A DNA stretch of 64,000 bases from an uncultured Bacteroides sp. (GTDB lineage Bacteria; Bacteroidota; Bacteroidia; Cytophagales; Cyclobacteriaceae). Shown piece after piece: positions 42,839 to 52,069 of the stretch. A model generated the notes under the pieces. It was not told the DNA's origin, did no database searches, and saw only the letters and a program-made list of their open reading frames with translations. Location of the stretch: contig CABHOV010000037.1 of assembly GCA_902168185.1 (NCBI GenBank), positions 12,930 through 76,929 of the forward strand, in the 5' to 3' direction. The position numbers were made by a program, and so were the translations under genes. Each line of letters begins with the position of its first letter. Position 1 is the first letter of the stretch.

Positions 42839-43699
42839 CTAAGATACAGGAGATATATTGTTCAGTTCTTGTATATCCTGATCCGTGAAATCAATAGAGA
42901 TTGCTTTCATATTTTCTTCGAGATGGCTCACACGTGAAGTACCGGGGATTAACAGAATGTTATCAGCGTGATGCAGTAACCAACTCAATGCTACCTGGTG
43001 TACGGTTGCTTTGTGCGCGTCTGCAATGGTTTTCAAAGTTTTTTGTGCCACTACATTTCCGGCATTCAGCGGGTACCAGGGTATAAATGCAATGTTATTC
43101 TGACGGGTATATTCCAACACAGGTTCCCATTTACGATTATCAACACTATACATGTTTTGCACGGAGACAACCTTAAAGAATTCCTGCGCGTGTTTTACAT
43201 TTTCAACACTTACTTCCGATAAACCTATGTGTTTGATCTTTCCTTCTTCCTGCGCTTTGCTTAAAAATTCAAATGTCTTTTCAGCAGGAACTTTAGGATC
43301 AATTCTGTGCAACTGGTATAGATCAATACGATCCAACTTCAAACGTTTCAGGCTTCCTTCAAGAGCTTTTTTTAAATGATCCGGGTGTGCATCTACCGGC
43401 CAGGCATTCGGTCCTGTCCTTAACAATCCACCTTTCGTGCCGATCACAAGATCTTTTGGATATGGATATAGCGCTTCAGCAATTAACTCTTCCGATATAT
43501 TCGGGCCATAGCTATCGGCAGTGTCAATAAAATTTACACCGAGTTCGATGGCACGTTTCAACACACGTAACGCTTCTGCTTTATCTGCAGGGGGTCCCCA
43601 GATTCCATCACCCGTAATACGCATGGCTCCATAGCCTAATCGTTTAACAGTCAATTCATCACCTATGGAAAAAGTCTCGCTAATAGTTTTAGTACTCAT
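42839..43699 (-). CDS. Aldo/keto reductase
   Basis: LGYGAMRITG, GVNFIDTADSYG, IDLYQLHR and IPGTSRVSHLEEN are typical AKR motifs. 286 aa. Confidence 0.9.
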   Translation of the reverse strand: MSTKTISETFSIGDELTVKRLGYGAMRITGDGIWGPPADKAEALRVLKRAIELGVNFIDTADSYGPNISEELIAEALYPYPKDLVIGTKGGLLRTGPNAWPVDAHPDHLKKALEGSLKRLKLDRIDLYQLHRIDPKVPAEKTFEFLSKAQEEGKIKHIGLSEVSVENVKHAQEFFKVVSVQNMYSVDNRKWEPVLEYTRQNNIAFIPWYPLNAGNVVAQKTLKTIADAHKATVHQVALSWLLHHADNILLIPGTSRVSHLEENMKAISIDFTDQDIQELNNISPVS

Positions 43700-44026
43700 A
43701 ATATTTTTGGTTAATCTTTAGTTTGTGGATTTCGGTACAACACTACAGAAACCAAAAACATTTCAACACCTGTCTGTTTTTTTATACTAATCATCTCAAA
43801 TCGGATTATTCCCTCGGGGATCTTTTCAGAAGTATACCGATGATGTACAATAAACGATACTATACCTATGGGATACGCCGCAAAAATAACAAACGCACTA
43901 AAATACATTTATGCACAGAATACTATTGGTCTGCAAAGGCAAGAATCGATTGATCCATTATCTCCCCGATCATTTACGATGAAGCCAGATTCTTCCGTCT
44001 CCGCAGTATATATAGCCTTGACAGCT

Positions 44027-46387
44027 CTATTCGTCACGAAGGCACTTTGCAGGATTAACATAGGCTGCTTTGATGGCCTGCACTCCTACCGTTAACCACG
44101 AGATTAACAAGGCTATACATCCGCCACTCACGAAATACCACCATGACAATGGTATTTTGTATGCAAAGTTATTTAGCCAGAAAGTCGAGAGAATATAGCT
44201 TGCCGGTAAGGCTATAACAATGGCAATGAGCACAATTTTAGTAAAGTCAGCAGATAAAAGATATACTATATTCAGTGCGCTGGATCCTAAAACTTTACGG
44301 ATACCAATTTCTTTGATTCTACGCTCTGCGGTGAAGGTGGCCAGGCCAAACAATCCAAGACACGATATGAGGATGGCGAGTACTGCAAAGTAGCGGGATA
44401 ATGTACCGACTCGTTCTTCGGATGCATATTGTGCATGGTAGTCTTCATCTATAAATCTATAGTCGAGATCAAATCCGGGATTATAGGCTTTATAGAATTT
44501 CTGAAGCCTCGCGATTGTCTCACGTTCCGTGCCGGAAGCAAGTTTTGCAATTACCCTCTGCGTATGAACAGGAGCTAATATAAAAAACATAGGACTAACT
44601 GAGGTATGAAGGGACTCAAAATGAAAATCTTTTGCTATACCTACAATTTCTGCTTCAAACTTTCCATCCCCTAGTTTTACGATTTTACCAATAGGATCTT
44701 CCAATCCCATAACATCGATGGCCTTTTCATTAAATATAGCTTTGAAGCCGGTTACATCGTTGTGCGAGAAAGAGCGCCCAGCCTTGATTTCTATATTTAG
44801 CATCTCAATAACATCATAGTTTACCGGTCGTATAGCAAACGGAACAATCGTGCCTTCGGGTTTTCCCTCCCATTCCAGGTTCGTCGTGTTTCCACCACCA
44901 ACCATACTTTGTGCGATGCTGGAAGCATTTACAACTCCAGGGATCCGTTTCATCTCCGTCAGAAAAGTTTCGAGGTTCTCCTTTACTCGCCCCTCCATTG
45001 GGAAGTATATAACATTCTCTTTGTTATAGCCAACGTTTCGCGATTGTAGAAAATCAATTTGCTTGTAGATTATCAGAACCGTTACTATAAACACAACTGA
45101 CAGCGTAAATTGAAATATAACTAATCCTTTACGAGCCCAAAGTTCACCTATGGATGTATTCAGTTTACCTTTTAGAACGGTAGCCGGACTAAAACCGGAA
45201 AGATATAGGGCTGGATAACTCCCTGCAATCACACCGGTAACAATCGTTATGGCGAGCGATGCTAACAGTATATTTGAATCAAACGTAAGAGCGATCTGTT
45301 TTCCCGTTATGATATTGAATTTTGGCAGAAAAATATCGACAATAAGAATGGAAAGAAATAACGAAAGGAAGCTCATGAACATCGACTCACCAAGGTATTG
45401 TACGATCAACGCTTTGCGTCCTGCTCCAACCGCTTTCTTTATCCCAACTTCTTTTATACGCCTTGAAGCTTTCGCAGTGGACAGGTTCATAAAGTTTATG
45501 CAGGCAATCATCAGTATAAAAAGTGCAATCACAGAAAACAGGATCACGTACTCAATTCTTCCGCCTGCCTGAACACCATTTTCATAACGACCGTGAAGAT
45601 AGCACTGTGAATATTGCTGAAGAATCAATGTACGATGCGTATCATCTGTTTTTGTCTTAATGATACCAGCGATCTTCTGTTCAAAAAGCGAAGCATTGGT
45701 TCCTTCCTTCAAGACTATAAATGTCATTGGTCCGGAATTGCTCCAATTCAAAACACCTTCATTTATATCCTTCATTATATCGAAGGATAACACGAAATCG
45801 AAATGCTCCGATGAATGGGAAGGTATATCTTTAAAAATACCACTGATAAAATATTGCTGCTGGTGCTGAAACTCAATAGGCTTTCCGATCAGATTATCGG
45901 TTGTATTAAACAAATTTTTAGCTATACTCTCCGAAATTACTATGGAGTTTTTATCGGTGAGCACGCGGCTCGCATCGCCTTGCAGAAGATCATAAGAGAA
46001 GACGTTGAAATAATTTTTTCCTGCATATATACCGGACGCTTTGATATTTTTTTCCTTTATTGAAAGTGTAAATTTATCATACCAATGAGAAGGCGTTGCT
46101 ACCACAGCATACTCCACTTCCGCCATTTCTTCCGCAAGCGTTTCAGCCAGTAGCCCAGGCGTTGATTCCGTAACGCCAATGTTACCGGAGCGCTGCTGTT
46201 TCTCCAGCACCCTGAAAAGGTGTTTATCTTTTACGTGAAATGCATCTATTTGCAATTCATCATTTACCCAGAGGTAAATCAAAAGTGTACACGCAAGGCC
46301 GGCTGACAGACCAACCAGGTTGATCAGGAAAGAGCTCTTGAATCGCCTGATGTTTCTGTAGAGGAGTATAAAATTATGTCTAAGCAT
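44027..46387 (-). CDS. FtsX-family ABC transporter permease (double FtsX/MacB-like, ~786 aa)
   Basis: Typical N-terminus MLRHNFILLYRNIRRFKSSFLINLVGLSAGLAC. There are two 4-TM FtsX modules, each preceded by a large extracytoplasmic domain. The track ORF extends to 46495, but the extra 36 codons are atypical and contain the sigma-54 motif. Confidence 0.85.
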   Translation of the reverse strand: MLRHNFILLYRNIRRFKSSFLINLVGLSAGLACTLLIYLWVNDELQIDAFHVKDKHLFRVLEKQQRSGNIGVTESTPGLLAETLAEEMAEVEYAVVATPSHWYDKFTLSIKEKNIKASGIYAGKNYFNVFSYDLLQGDASRVLTDKNSIVISESIAKNLFNTTDNLIGKPIEFQHQQQYFISGIFKDIPSHSSEHFDFVLSFDIMKDINEGVLNWSNSGPMTFIVLKEGTNASLFEQKIAGIIKTKTDDTHRTLILQQYSQCYLHGRYENGVQAGGRIEYVILFSVIALFILMIACINFMNLSTAKASRRIKEVGIKKAVGAGRKALIVQYLGESMFMSFLSLFLSILIVDIFLPKFNIITGKQIALTFDSNILLASLAITIVTGVIAGSYPALYLSGFSPATVLKGKLNTSIGELWARKGLVIFQFTLSVVFIVTVLIIYKQIDFLQSRNVGYNKENVIYFPMEGRVKENLETFLTEMKRIPGVVNASSIAQSMVGGGNTTNLEWEGKPEGTIVPFAIRPVNYDVIEMLNIEIKAGRSFSHNDVTGFKAIFNEKAIDVMGLEDPIGKIVKLGDGKFEAEIVGIAKDFHFESLHTSVSPMFFILAPVHTQRVIAKLASGTERETIARLQKFYKAYNPGFDLDYRFIDEDYHAQYASEERVGTLSRYFAVLAILISCLGLFGLATFTAERRIKEIGIRKVLGSSALNIVYLLSADFTKIVLIAIVIALPASYILSTFWLNNFAYKIPLSWWYFVSGGCIALLISWLTVGVQAIKAAYVNPAKCLRDE

Positions 46388-46412
46388 ACTACATGTTCTT
46401 TGACTTTGCTTT

Positions 46413-46428
46413 TGCCAATGGAATGCCA
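46413..46428 (-). promoter_or_regulatory. Candidate sigma-54 (-24/-12) promoter TGGCATTCCATTGGCA
   Basis: The minus strand reads TGGCAT-N5-TGGCA, against the consensus TGGCAC-N5-TTGCW. GG and GC are correctly spaced and there is one mismatch in the -12 element. It lies 26-41 nt upstream of the permease ATG (46385-46387), next to a divergent sigma-54 activator gene. Confidence 0.55.
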
Positions 46429-46597
46429 CAAACAATATGTTTGTTTTTTCGCAAAATACAGCGCCTCGGCTGTCACTAAAATATCGAGTGACCATCCATA
46501 GAAATAAAACTGTCCATTATTGGGCACTTTTCATTGATTTCAATTCGGTGATCTATACCTTTAACCATCTATACAATCTCTTACACCTCTATAGATA

Positions 46598-47968
46598 ATG
46601 ACAAAGGCTCCCGGAAATATACTACTCGTTGATGATGACGAATTTGTTCTCCTGTCTATCAAGCTCTTGTTGGAGCCACATTTTGCATCTGTAAAAACAA
46701 TTAATAACCCTGAGCGGATACAGGCACTACTCGATCGCGAGCAATTCGATGTAATTGTACTCGATATGAACTTCAGGCATGGTGATACAACTGGCAACCA
46801 GGGACGCTTTTGGCTGAAGAAGATCAAAAGTATTTCACTGGATACACAAGTTATACTGGTGACTGCGTATGGAGATATACAGGTCGCTGTAGAATCGATG
46901 AAGGAAGGTGCACTTGATTTTATTGTGAAACCGTGGCAGAATGAAAAACTATTGGCCACCGTAAAAACTGCAAACCTGCTAAGTCTCGAAAAAAGGAAAG
47001 TAAAGCAGTTAAAGTCGCAGCAAAAATCTATTGTGTCTTCATTGCATCGGTATGAACCACTGATCGGAGTATCCGAAGGTATATCTTCCATTCGCAAGAC
47101 GATCGAGAAGGTAGCTCCTACCGAAGCAGAGGTATTGATCCTCGGACAAAACGGAACTGGTAAAGAAGTTATCGCTCGCGAAATTCACAGGCTTTCGAAA
47201 CGTGCTGAAGATATATTTATGACCGTGGATGTAGGGGCACTGAGTGAAAACTTATTTGAAAGTGAGTTATTCGGACATCGCAAGGGTGCATTTACCGATG
47301 CGAAAGAAGATCGCATCGGGAGATTTGAAGCTGCTGCGGGTGGTACACTATTCTTAGATGAAATTGCAAACTTGTCACTTTCTTTACAGGCAAAACTGCT
47401 CACTGTATTGCAGCATAAAAAAGTGGTGCGCCTGGGTACCAACGAACCTATTGATCTTGACGTACGCATTGTCTGTGCTACAAACGGCAACCTCAGGGCT
47501 ATGGTACAGGAAGGAAAATTCAGAGAAGACTTATTTTATCGAATCAATACAGTGGAGATAACCGTTGCGCCTTTGCATGACAGGCCTGAAGATATACCAT
47601 TGCTCGCAGATCATTTTCTCAGCAGGTTCAGTCATAAATATCAAAAGCCATATTTGAAATTGTCGGACACGGTAATGACGCATCTTCAGAAATACAGATG
47701 GCCTGGCAACATCCGTGAATTGCAACATGCCGTAGAGAGAGCTGTGATCATGTGCGAGGGACAGGAAATTCAAATGCACGATCTCGGGGCTTTGCAAAAA
47801 CAATTATCCAGTGATTTTTCCTTTGACTCTTTTAACCTCGAAAAGCTGGAGGCTTGGGCGATTCGTAAAGCTATAGCGAAGCACCAGGGAAATATCAGTC
47901 ATGCAGCGGACGAGCTGGGTTTATCGCGAGGCGCTTTATACAGGAGAATGCAATTGTATGGTATTTAA
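46598..47968 (+). CDS. Sigma-54-dependent response regulator (NtrC family: REC, AAA+, Fis-type HTH)
   Basis: ILLVDDDEFV..VIVLDMNF receiver; Walker A GQNGTGKEVIAREIH; ESELFGHRKGAFTDA (GAFTGA-type loop); C-terminal HTH NISHAADELGLSRGALYRRM. Confidence 0.9.
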   Translation: MTKAPGNILLVDDDEFVLLSIKLLLEPHFASVKTINNPERIQALLDREQFDVIVLDMNFRHGDTTGNQGRFWLKKIKSISLDTQVILVTAYGDIQVAVESMKEGALDFIVKPWQNEKLLATVKTANLLSLEKRKVKQLKSQQKSIVSSLHRYEPLIGVSEGISSIRKTIEKVAPTEAEVLILGQNGTGKEVIAREIHRLSKRAEDIFMTVDVGALSENLFESELFGHRKGAFTDAKEDRIGRFEAAAGGTLFLDEIANLSLSLQAKLLTVLQHKKVVRLGTNEPIDLDVRIVCATNGNLRAMVQEGKFREDLFYRINTVEITVAPLHDRPEDIPLLADHFLSRFSHKYQKPYLKLSDTVMTHLQKYRWPGNIRELQHAVERAVIMCEGQEIQMHDLGALQKQLSSDFSFDSFNLEKLEAWAIRKAIAKHQGNISHAADELGLSRGALYRRMQLYGI

Positions 47969-49295
47969 AAATTTCAGACTTCAGGTTATCCTTCGGATAA
48001 TTATACTTACGGCCGGTATAGCTTTGTTGGCATGGTGCCTGCTGCACGACTTTTACCTGCGAAGTGTATACCTTGGAGTAGGACTCATTATATTATTAAT
48101 TGAACTGGTCTGGTATATGGATCGGTTTAACCGGAATCTAAAAACGCTGATGATCAGTTTGCTGCAAAATGATTTCACGACACACTTCAATACTTCCGGC
48201 AATGGCAAACATATCGATGAACTCTATGCGGTTCTCAACCGGATTTCAGCCGCTTTCCGGGAAATCAGCGTTCAGAAAGAAGTTCAGTACCGATACCTGG
48301 AAATGCTCTTCGAGCATGTACGCGTAGGGATTCTAAGTGTCGATGCTACAGGAAAAGTACAACACGCAAACCAAGCCTTGAAAGATATGTTTCATAAAAA
48401 TATACTTTCCGACCTAAATTCCTTCAAGGTTATAGATACTTCCCTGGTAACAGCGATTAGAGAAATCCGTACAGGAGAAACGCGACTTGTAAAGCTTCGG
48501 GTGAATAACGACCTGCTGCAACTGTCCATTCATGCCTCTGAGTTTAAGCTTGAGAATATGTACTATAAATTGATCTCCATGCAAAACATACGGCAGGAGC
48601 TTGATATACATGAAATGGACGCCTGGCAAAAACTGATCCATGTGATGAGCCACGAGATCATGAATTCCGTGGCCCCAATCATTTCTCTGAGTGGCACCCT
48701 GCATGGACTGGTAGCACAGGAAAACAAGACAGCGCAACCTTCCGAAAATAGTATATATGATCCGCTGGAAAGAGGCCTGGATGCTATACGCATCAGAAGC
48801 GAAGGACTGTATAATTTCACGAAAACATATCGTAAGCTGGCCACGATTCCGAATCACGCGCCTATCCAAACGAATCTCAAAGATATAATCAGCCGTGTAG
48901 AGATTTTGATGGCGACAAAAATAGCAGAGCAAAATATAGCATTACAAATCTCCAACGTTGATCAGAATATTATAGTTGACCCTGCGTTGATCGAACATGT
49001 CATCATTAATATCCTGCTGAACGCGATCGATGCACTGGCAGGAAAAGAACAGCCCGTCATTCATATTCATGCGCAAAGGCTTCAGAAAGGAAATGTAAGT
49101 ATTCATATCCGAGACAATGGCGAAGGAATGGATGAAAGTACGCTTGAAAAAATCTTTATTCCGTTTTATACAACTAAAAAGAATGGATCCGGTATAGGCC
49201 TGGCGATTACCAAACAGATTCTTCAACTTCATCACGCTGACATCCAGGTGATCAGTGCACCGCAGCAGGGCGCTGAATTTATCATTACATTATAG
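47958..49295 (+). CDS. Membrane sensor histidine kinase, partner of the sigma-54 activator
   Basis: The likely start MVFKNFRLQV (ATG 47958) overlaps the regulator stop by 11 nt. Two TM helices, a PAS-like segment, H-box LIHVMSHEIMNSVAPI and HATPase (NILLNAIDAL, DNGEGM, GSGIGLAI). Confidence 0.85.
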   Translation: MVFKNFRLQVILRIIILTAGIALLAWCLLHDFYLRSVYLGVGLIILLIELVWYMDRFNRNLKTLMISLLQNDFTTHFNTSGNGKHIDELYAVLNRISAAFREISVQKEVQYRYLEMLFEHVRVGILSVDATGKVQHANQALKDMFHKNILSDLNSFKVIDTSLVTAIREIRTGETRLVKLRVNNDLLQLSIHASEFKLENMYYKLISMQNIRQELDIHEMDAWQKLIHVMSHEIMNSVAPIISLSGTLHGLVAQENKTAQPSENSIYDPLERGLDAIRIRSEGLYNFTKTYRKLATIPNHAPIQTNLKDIISRVEILMATKIAEQNIALQISNVDQNIIVDPALIEHVIINILLNAIDALAGKEQPVIHIHAQRLQKGNVSIHIRDNGEGMDESTLEKIFIPFYTTKKNGSGIGLAITKQILQLHHADIQVISAPQQGAEFIITL

Positions 49296-49340
49296 CGTGT
49301 AGTCAGAGTTGCCCTATATAAAACTTCATGATGTTAAAAT

Positions 49341-49378
49341 AAAAAAGTGAGCTTCCCGAATGAGAAACTCACTTTTAC
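49341..49378. terminator. Hairpin between convergent genes (possible bidirectional terminator)
   Basis: 9-bp stem AAAAGTGAG/CTCACTTTT with a 16-nt loop and A/T runs on both sides, between the stops at 49295 (+) and 49418 (-). Confidence 0.5.
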
Positions 49379-49417
49379 TATACTATATTTCCTAAGCAAG
49401 TGTCAAACTACGGACTA

Positions 49418-51832
49418 TTACTCGTGTTTCAGTGAATCAACCGGGTTTGTTCTGGCTGTTCGCAGGGAATGAAAGGCCACAGTCATGAATGTAAAGAGCA
49501 ACGCGACTAATGCCACCAGTGCAAAAAGCATATAATTAATATTGGCTTTGTAAGCAAAGTTACCCAGCCACTGTGTAATGCTATAGTAGGCCACGGGAAC
49601 GATAATGATTGCGGCAATGATCACCAGGTACATTACATCTTTATAGAGCAGATAGATGATATTCGAAATTGAAGCACCGTGCACTTTACGAATTCCGATT
49701 TCCTTGGTGCGCTGCGCTGCCGTGAAAGCAGAGAGTCCTAACAAACCAAGTAATGAAATAAAGATACAGATATAGGAAAGTCCTGACAGAAGCTTGTATT
49801 GAATTTCATCGGCACGATATTGTTCATTAAAGCGTTGATCGAGGAAGAAGTATTCATAAGGATGATTCGGATCAAGCGATGTCCATTTTTCCTGTATATA
49901 TTTCATCGTCTCGGGCAACCGGTCGCCCTTTATTTTGAGATGTAAAAATCCTCCCTCATTGCCAGCACGCACCATGAGCAACGGTTCCACTTTATTATGC
50001 AGCGAGTTGAAATTAAAATCTTTCACCACGCCCAATATGTGTTTATCATCTTTATCATGAAAGAATTTTACTTTCTTACCGATAGGATCTTTGTCCCATC
50101 CCATCAGCTTTACTGCTGCTTCATTTGCAATAAAGCCTTTTTGAGCATCGCCGTTGCCCGCCACAAAATCACGACCGGCAATAAGTTCCATACCCATCGA
50201 TTCGATATAGTCATCGCCGACAAACATCAATGAGAAGGCTTGCTGCTTCATACCGGTTTCGCTTTCAACCATCATCACGGTGCTGCCACCGACATTCATT
50301 CCCAAGACGTTATACGATGTAGTAGCCTCCAGTATATTCGGGTTCTGCAGAAAATCACTTTTTATACTTCCAATCTGTTTTTCAATAATAGTGTCCTGGA
50401 TCGGTAACAATAACATGTTCTCCTTATTAAATCCCAGTTCAGTGTTTCGCACATAATCGATCTGGTGCTGCATAAAAAGTGTACAGACCACCACAAATAT
50501 AGATATAGCGAATTGTGTCGTGATCAAAACTTTGCGTAACACCAGACTTGACTTTTGATTTTTAAAAGCACCTTTCAATGCTTGGATGGTAGGAATGCCT
50601 GGCAGGTAAAAGGCAGGGTATAAACCCGATACTATACCAATACCCAACGTAAGTCCTATGGCACCAAACAACAACAGTGGATTGTGCACAAAGTCGAGCG
50701 TAAGTTTCTTATCGATGAGGCTATTGAAAGAAGTAGCTCCCAGAACAGTATATACCATACCTATGGCGAGGACCAACGCTATACATGAGAGGAATATAGA
50801 TTCTCCGAGGAATGCAAAGACAAGATCGCGCTTGCTGGAGCCCAAAGTTTTCTTCATGGCAATCTCCGCTGCACGGTTCACTGATTTAGCGGTGGAGAGA
50901 TTCATATAGTTAATGCATGCCAGCAGAATAATAAAGAAGCCTATACCTGTAAATGCATAGAGGTACGACAAGTTACCATGTGGCTCATCGGCTTCCAGGG
51001 TAGAATGCAAATGAATTTTATCCAGACGTTCCAATACGGGTTCGTACTTCCCTCCTACCTGGTCGCCAAATGATTTAAAATACTTAGTAAAGATTGGAGT
51101 GAACTTGGCGTTAAAATCCTCGGGATTATAATTCTCAGGCATCAACAGATACGTATATACATCGGGGTTCCAGAAGGCTTCTGATTTCAGTTGTCCATTT
51201 TCAATTACCCATTCGCGATCGACAAGCTGTGATAGAAGTATATCAAATTTAAGATGTGTATTCTCTGGTACATCCTTAATAACACCCGTTACTTTATACT
51301 GCTGGTCGCCTACGATAACACTTTTATCGAGCGCATTTTCATTTCCAAAATACCGCTTCGCGGTTGACTCGGACATTACCATTGTATTCAAATCCACAAG
51401 ACAAGTCTTTGGATTACCCGCTATAAACTCATGTGTAAAAATCTGAAAGTAATTAGAGTCTGTACGTACTATATTCTCTTCGTAAAAAGCTTTCTCTTCG
51501 CCCCCTGCTTCATACTTCACCAACGTCCTGTCCCAGCTGTTCGCCCTGACACACGATTCTACTTCCGGTAACTCATCCTGTAAAATCTTACCAAGCTCAC
51601 GCGCAGAACGTGCTACTCGTATATCTATACCCGTTGCTGAAAGATGTCCACCCAAGCGATAAATGCGTGCGTGCTTTTCATGATACTGATCATAGGTTAA
51701 ATCATTTTGCAAGATGAGCAACAAAATAATACTCACTGCTATACCCAATGCAAGGCCAAGAATATTGAGGGTAGAAAAGAACTTGTCTTTGAGAAAGACG
51801 CGTGTGGAAAATTTTAAATGAGTTTTTAACAT
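49418..51832 (-). CDS. FtsX-family ABC transporter permease (double FtsX/MacB-like, ~804 aa), paralog of 44027-46387
   Basis: Typical N-terminus MLKTHLKFSTRVFLKDKFFSTLNILGLALGIAVS from the ATG at 51830-51832. The domain order matches the other permease. The 69 extra codons in the track ORF look non-coding. Confidence 0.85.
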   Translation of the reverse strand: MLKTHLKFSTRVFLKDKFFSTLNILGLALGIAVSIILLLILQNDLTYDQYHEKHARIYRLGGHLSATGIDIRVARSARELGKILQDELPEVESCVRANSWDRTLVKYEAGGEEKAFYEENIVRTDSNYFQIFTHEFIAGNPKTCLVDLNTMVMSESTAKRYFGNENALDKSVIVGDQQYKVTGVIKDVPENTHLKFDILLSQLVDREWVIENGQLKSEAFWNPDVYTYLLMPENYNPEDFNAKFTPIFTKYFKSFGDQVGGKYEPVLERLDKIHLHSTLEADEPHGNLSYLYAFTGIGFFIILLACINYMNLSTAKSVNRAAEIAMKKTLGSSKRDLVFAFLGESIFLSCIALVLAIGMVYTVLGATSFNSLIDKKLTLDFVHNPLLLFGAIGLTLGIGIVSGLYPAFYLPGIPTIQALKGAFKNQKSSLVLRKVLITTQFAISIFVVVCTLFMQHQIDYVRNTELGFNKENMLLLPIQDTIIEKQIGSIKSDFLQNPNILEATTSYNVLGMNVGGSTVMMVESETGMKQQAFSLMFVGDDYIESMGMELIAGRDFVAGNGDAQKGFIANEAAVKLMGWDKDPIGKKVKFFHDKDDKHILGVVKDFNFNSLHNKVEPLLMVRAGNEGGFLHLKIKGDRLPETMKYIQEKWTSLDPNHPYEYFFLDQRFNEQYRADEIQYKLLSGLSYICIFISLLGLLGLSAFTAAQRTKEIGIRKVHGASISNIIYLLYKDVMYLVIIAAIIIVPVAYYSITQWLGNFAYKANINYMLFALVALVALLFTFMTVAFHSLRTARTNPVDSLKHE

Positions 51833-51923
51833 AGTCGGTTTGGGGATTTGATAACCTTTCCAACCATTCAAGAACAATGCCGTTGTTGTGAATCGCCTGT
51901 CCAGAACAAGAGATGCATTTTTT

Positions 51924-51939
51924 ATCAAGCCCGTTGCCA
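51924..51939 (-). promoter_or_regulatory. Weak sigma-54-like motif TGGCAACGGGCTTGAT
   Basis: The -24 element (TGGCAA) and the spacing are correct, but the -12 element reads TTGA instead of TTGC. It lies 92 nt upstream of the second permease start and downstream of the ADH terminator. Confidence 0.25.
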
Positions 51940-52013
51940 GTAAAGTGAGCGGATGCGAACAGTAGTTGTACATATATGTCCACCGACACCAATATATTAA
52001 CGGTTCGTTAACA

Positions 52014-52047
52014 TAAAAAAAGCCTCCCCGCATGAGCAAGGAGGCTT
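52014..52047 (-). terminator. Rho-independent terminator after the alcohol dehydrogenase gene
   Basis: On the minus strand, the stem AGCCTCC/GGAGGCT (12-nt loop) is followed by TTTTTTT, 23 nt after the stop at 52070. Confidence 0.7.
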
Positions 52048-52069
52048 TCGAAACTATATATACTTATAA

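Noticed and set aside
43711-43953. 65-76-aa ORFs on both strands between the AKR and FtsX genes
   Set aside because: They overlap each other in an AT-rich spacer and have odd composition (Y, N, K and R runs). No motifs are present. The region is probably non-coding promoter/terminator DNA.
46388-46495. N-terminal extensions of track ORFs (here 36 codons; likewise 51833-52039, 53114-53197, 8355-8432, 5903-5932 and 7420-7449)
   Set aside because: The extended residues do not resemble family N-termini. Internal ATGs give canonical N-termini (MLRHNF.., MLKTHL.., MIQVKGY.., MNQFKQ.., MKAIVID.., MKTRMNIF..). Two of the extensions would swallow promoter or terminator signals. Several track starts are TTG.
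46521-46537. Sigma-54-like sequence TGGGCAC-N6-TTGA upstream of the regulator gene itself
   Set aside because: The GG-to-GC spacing is off by one, and the -12 GC is replaced by GA. Two defects make it unconvincing.
46561-47097. 178-aa minus-strand ORF overlapping the 5' end of the sigma-54 regulator gene
   Set aside because: It is antisense to a strongly supported NtrC-family frame. It is S/C/F-rich low complexity. It is a shadow ORF.
48414-48932. 172-aa minus-strand ORF (and 48563-48844) inside the sensor kinase gene
   Set aside because: It is antisense to the kinase frame that carries clear H, N and G boxes. It has no motifs of its own.
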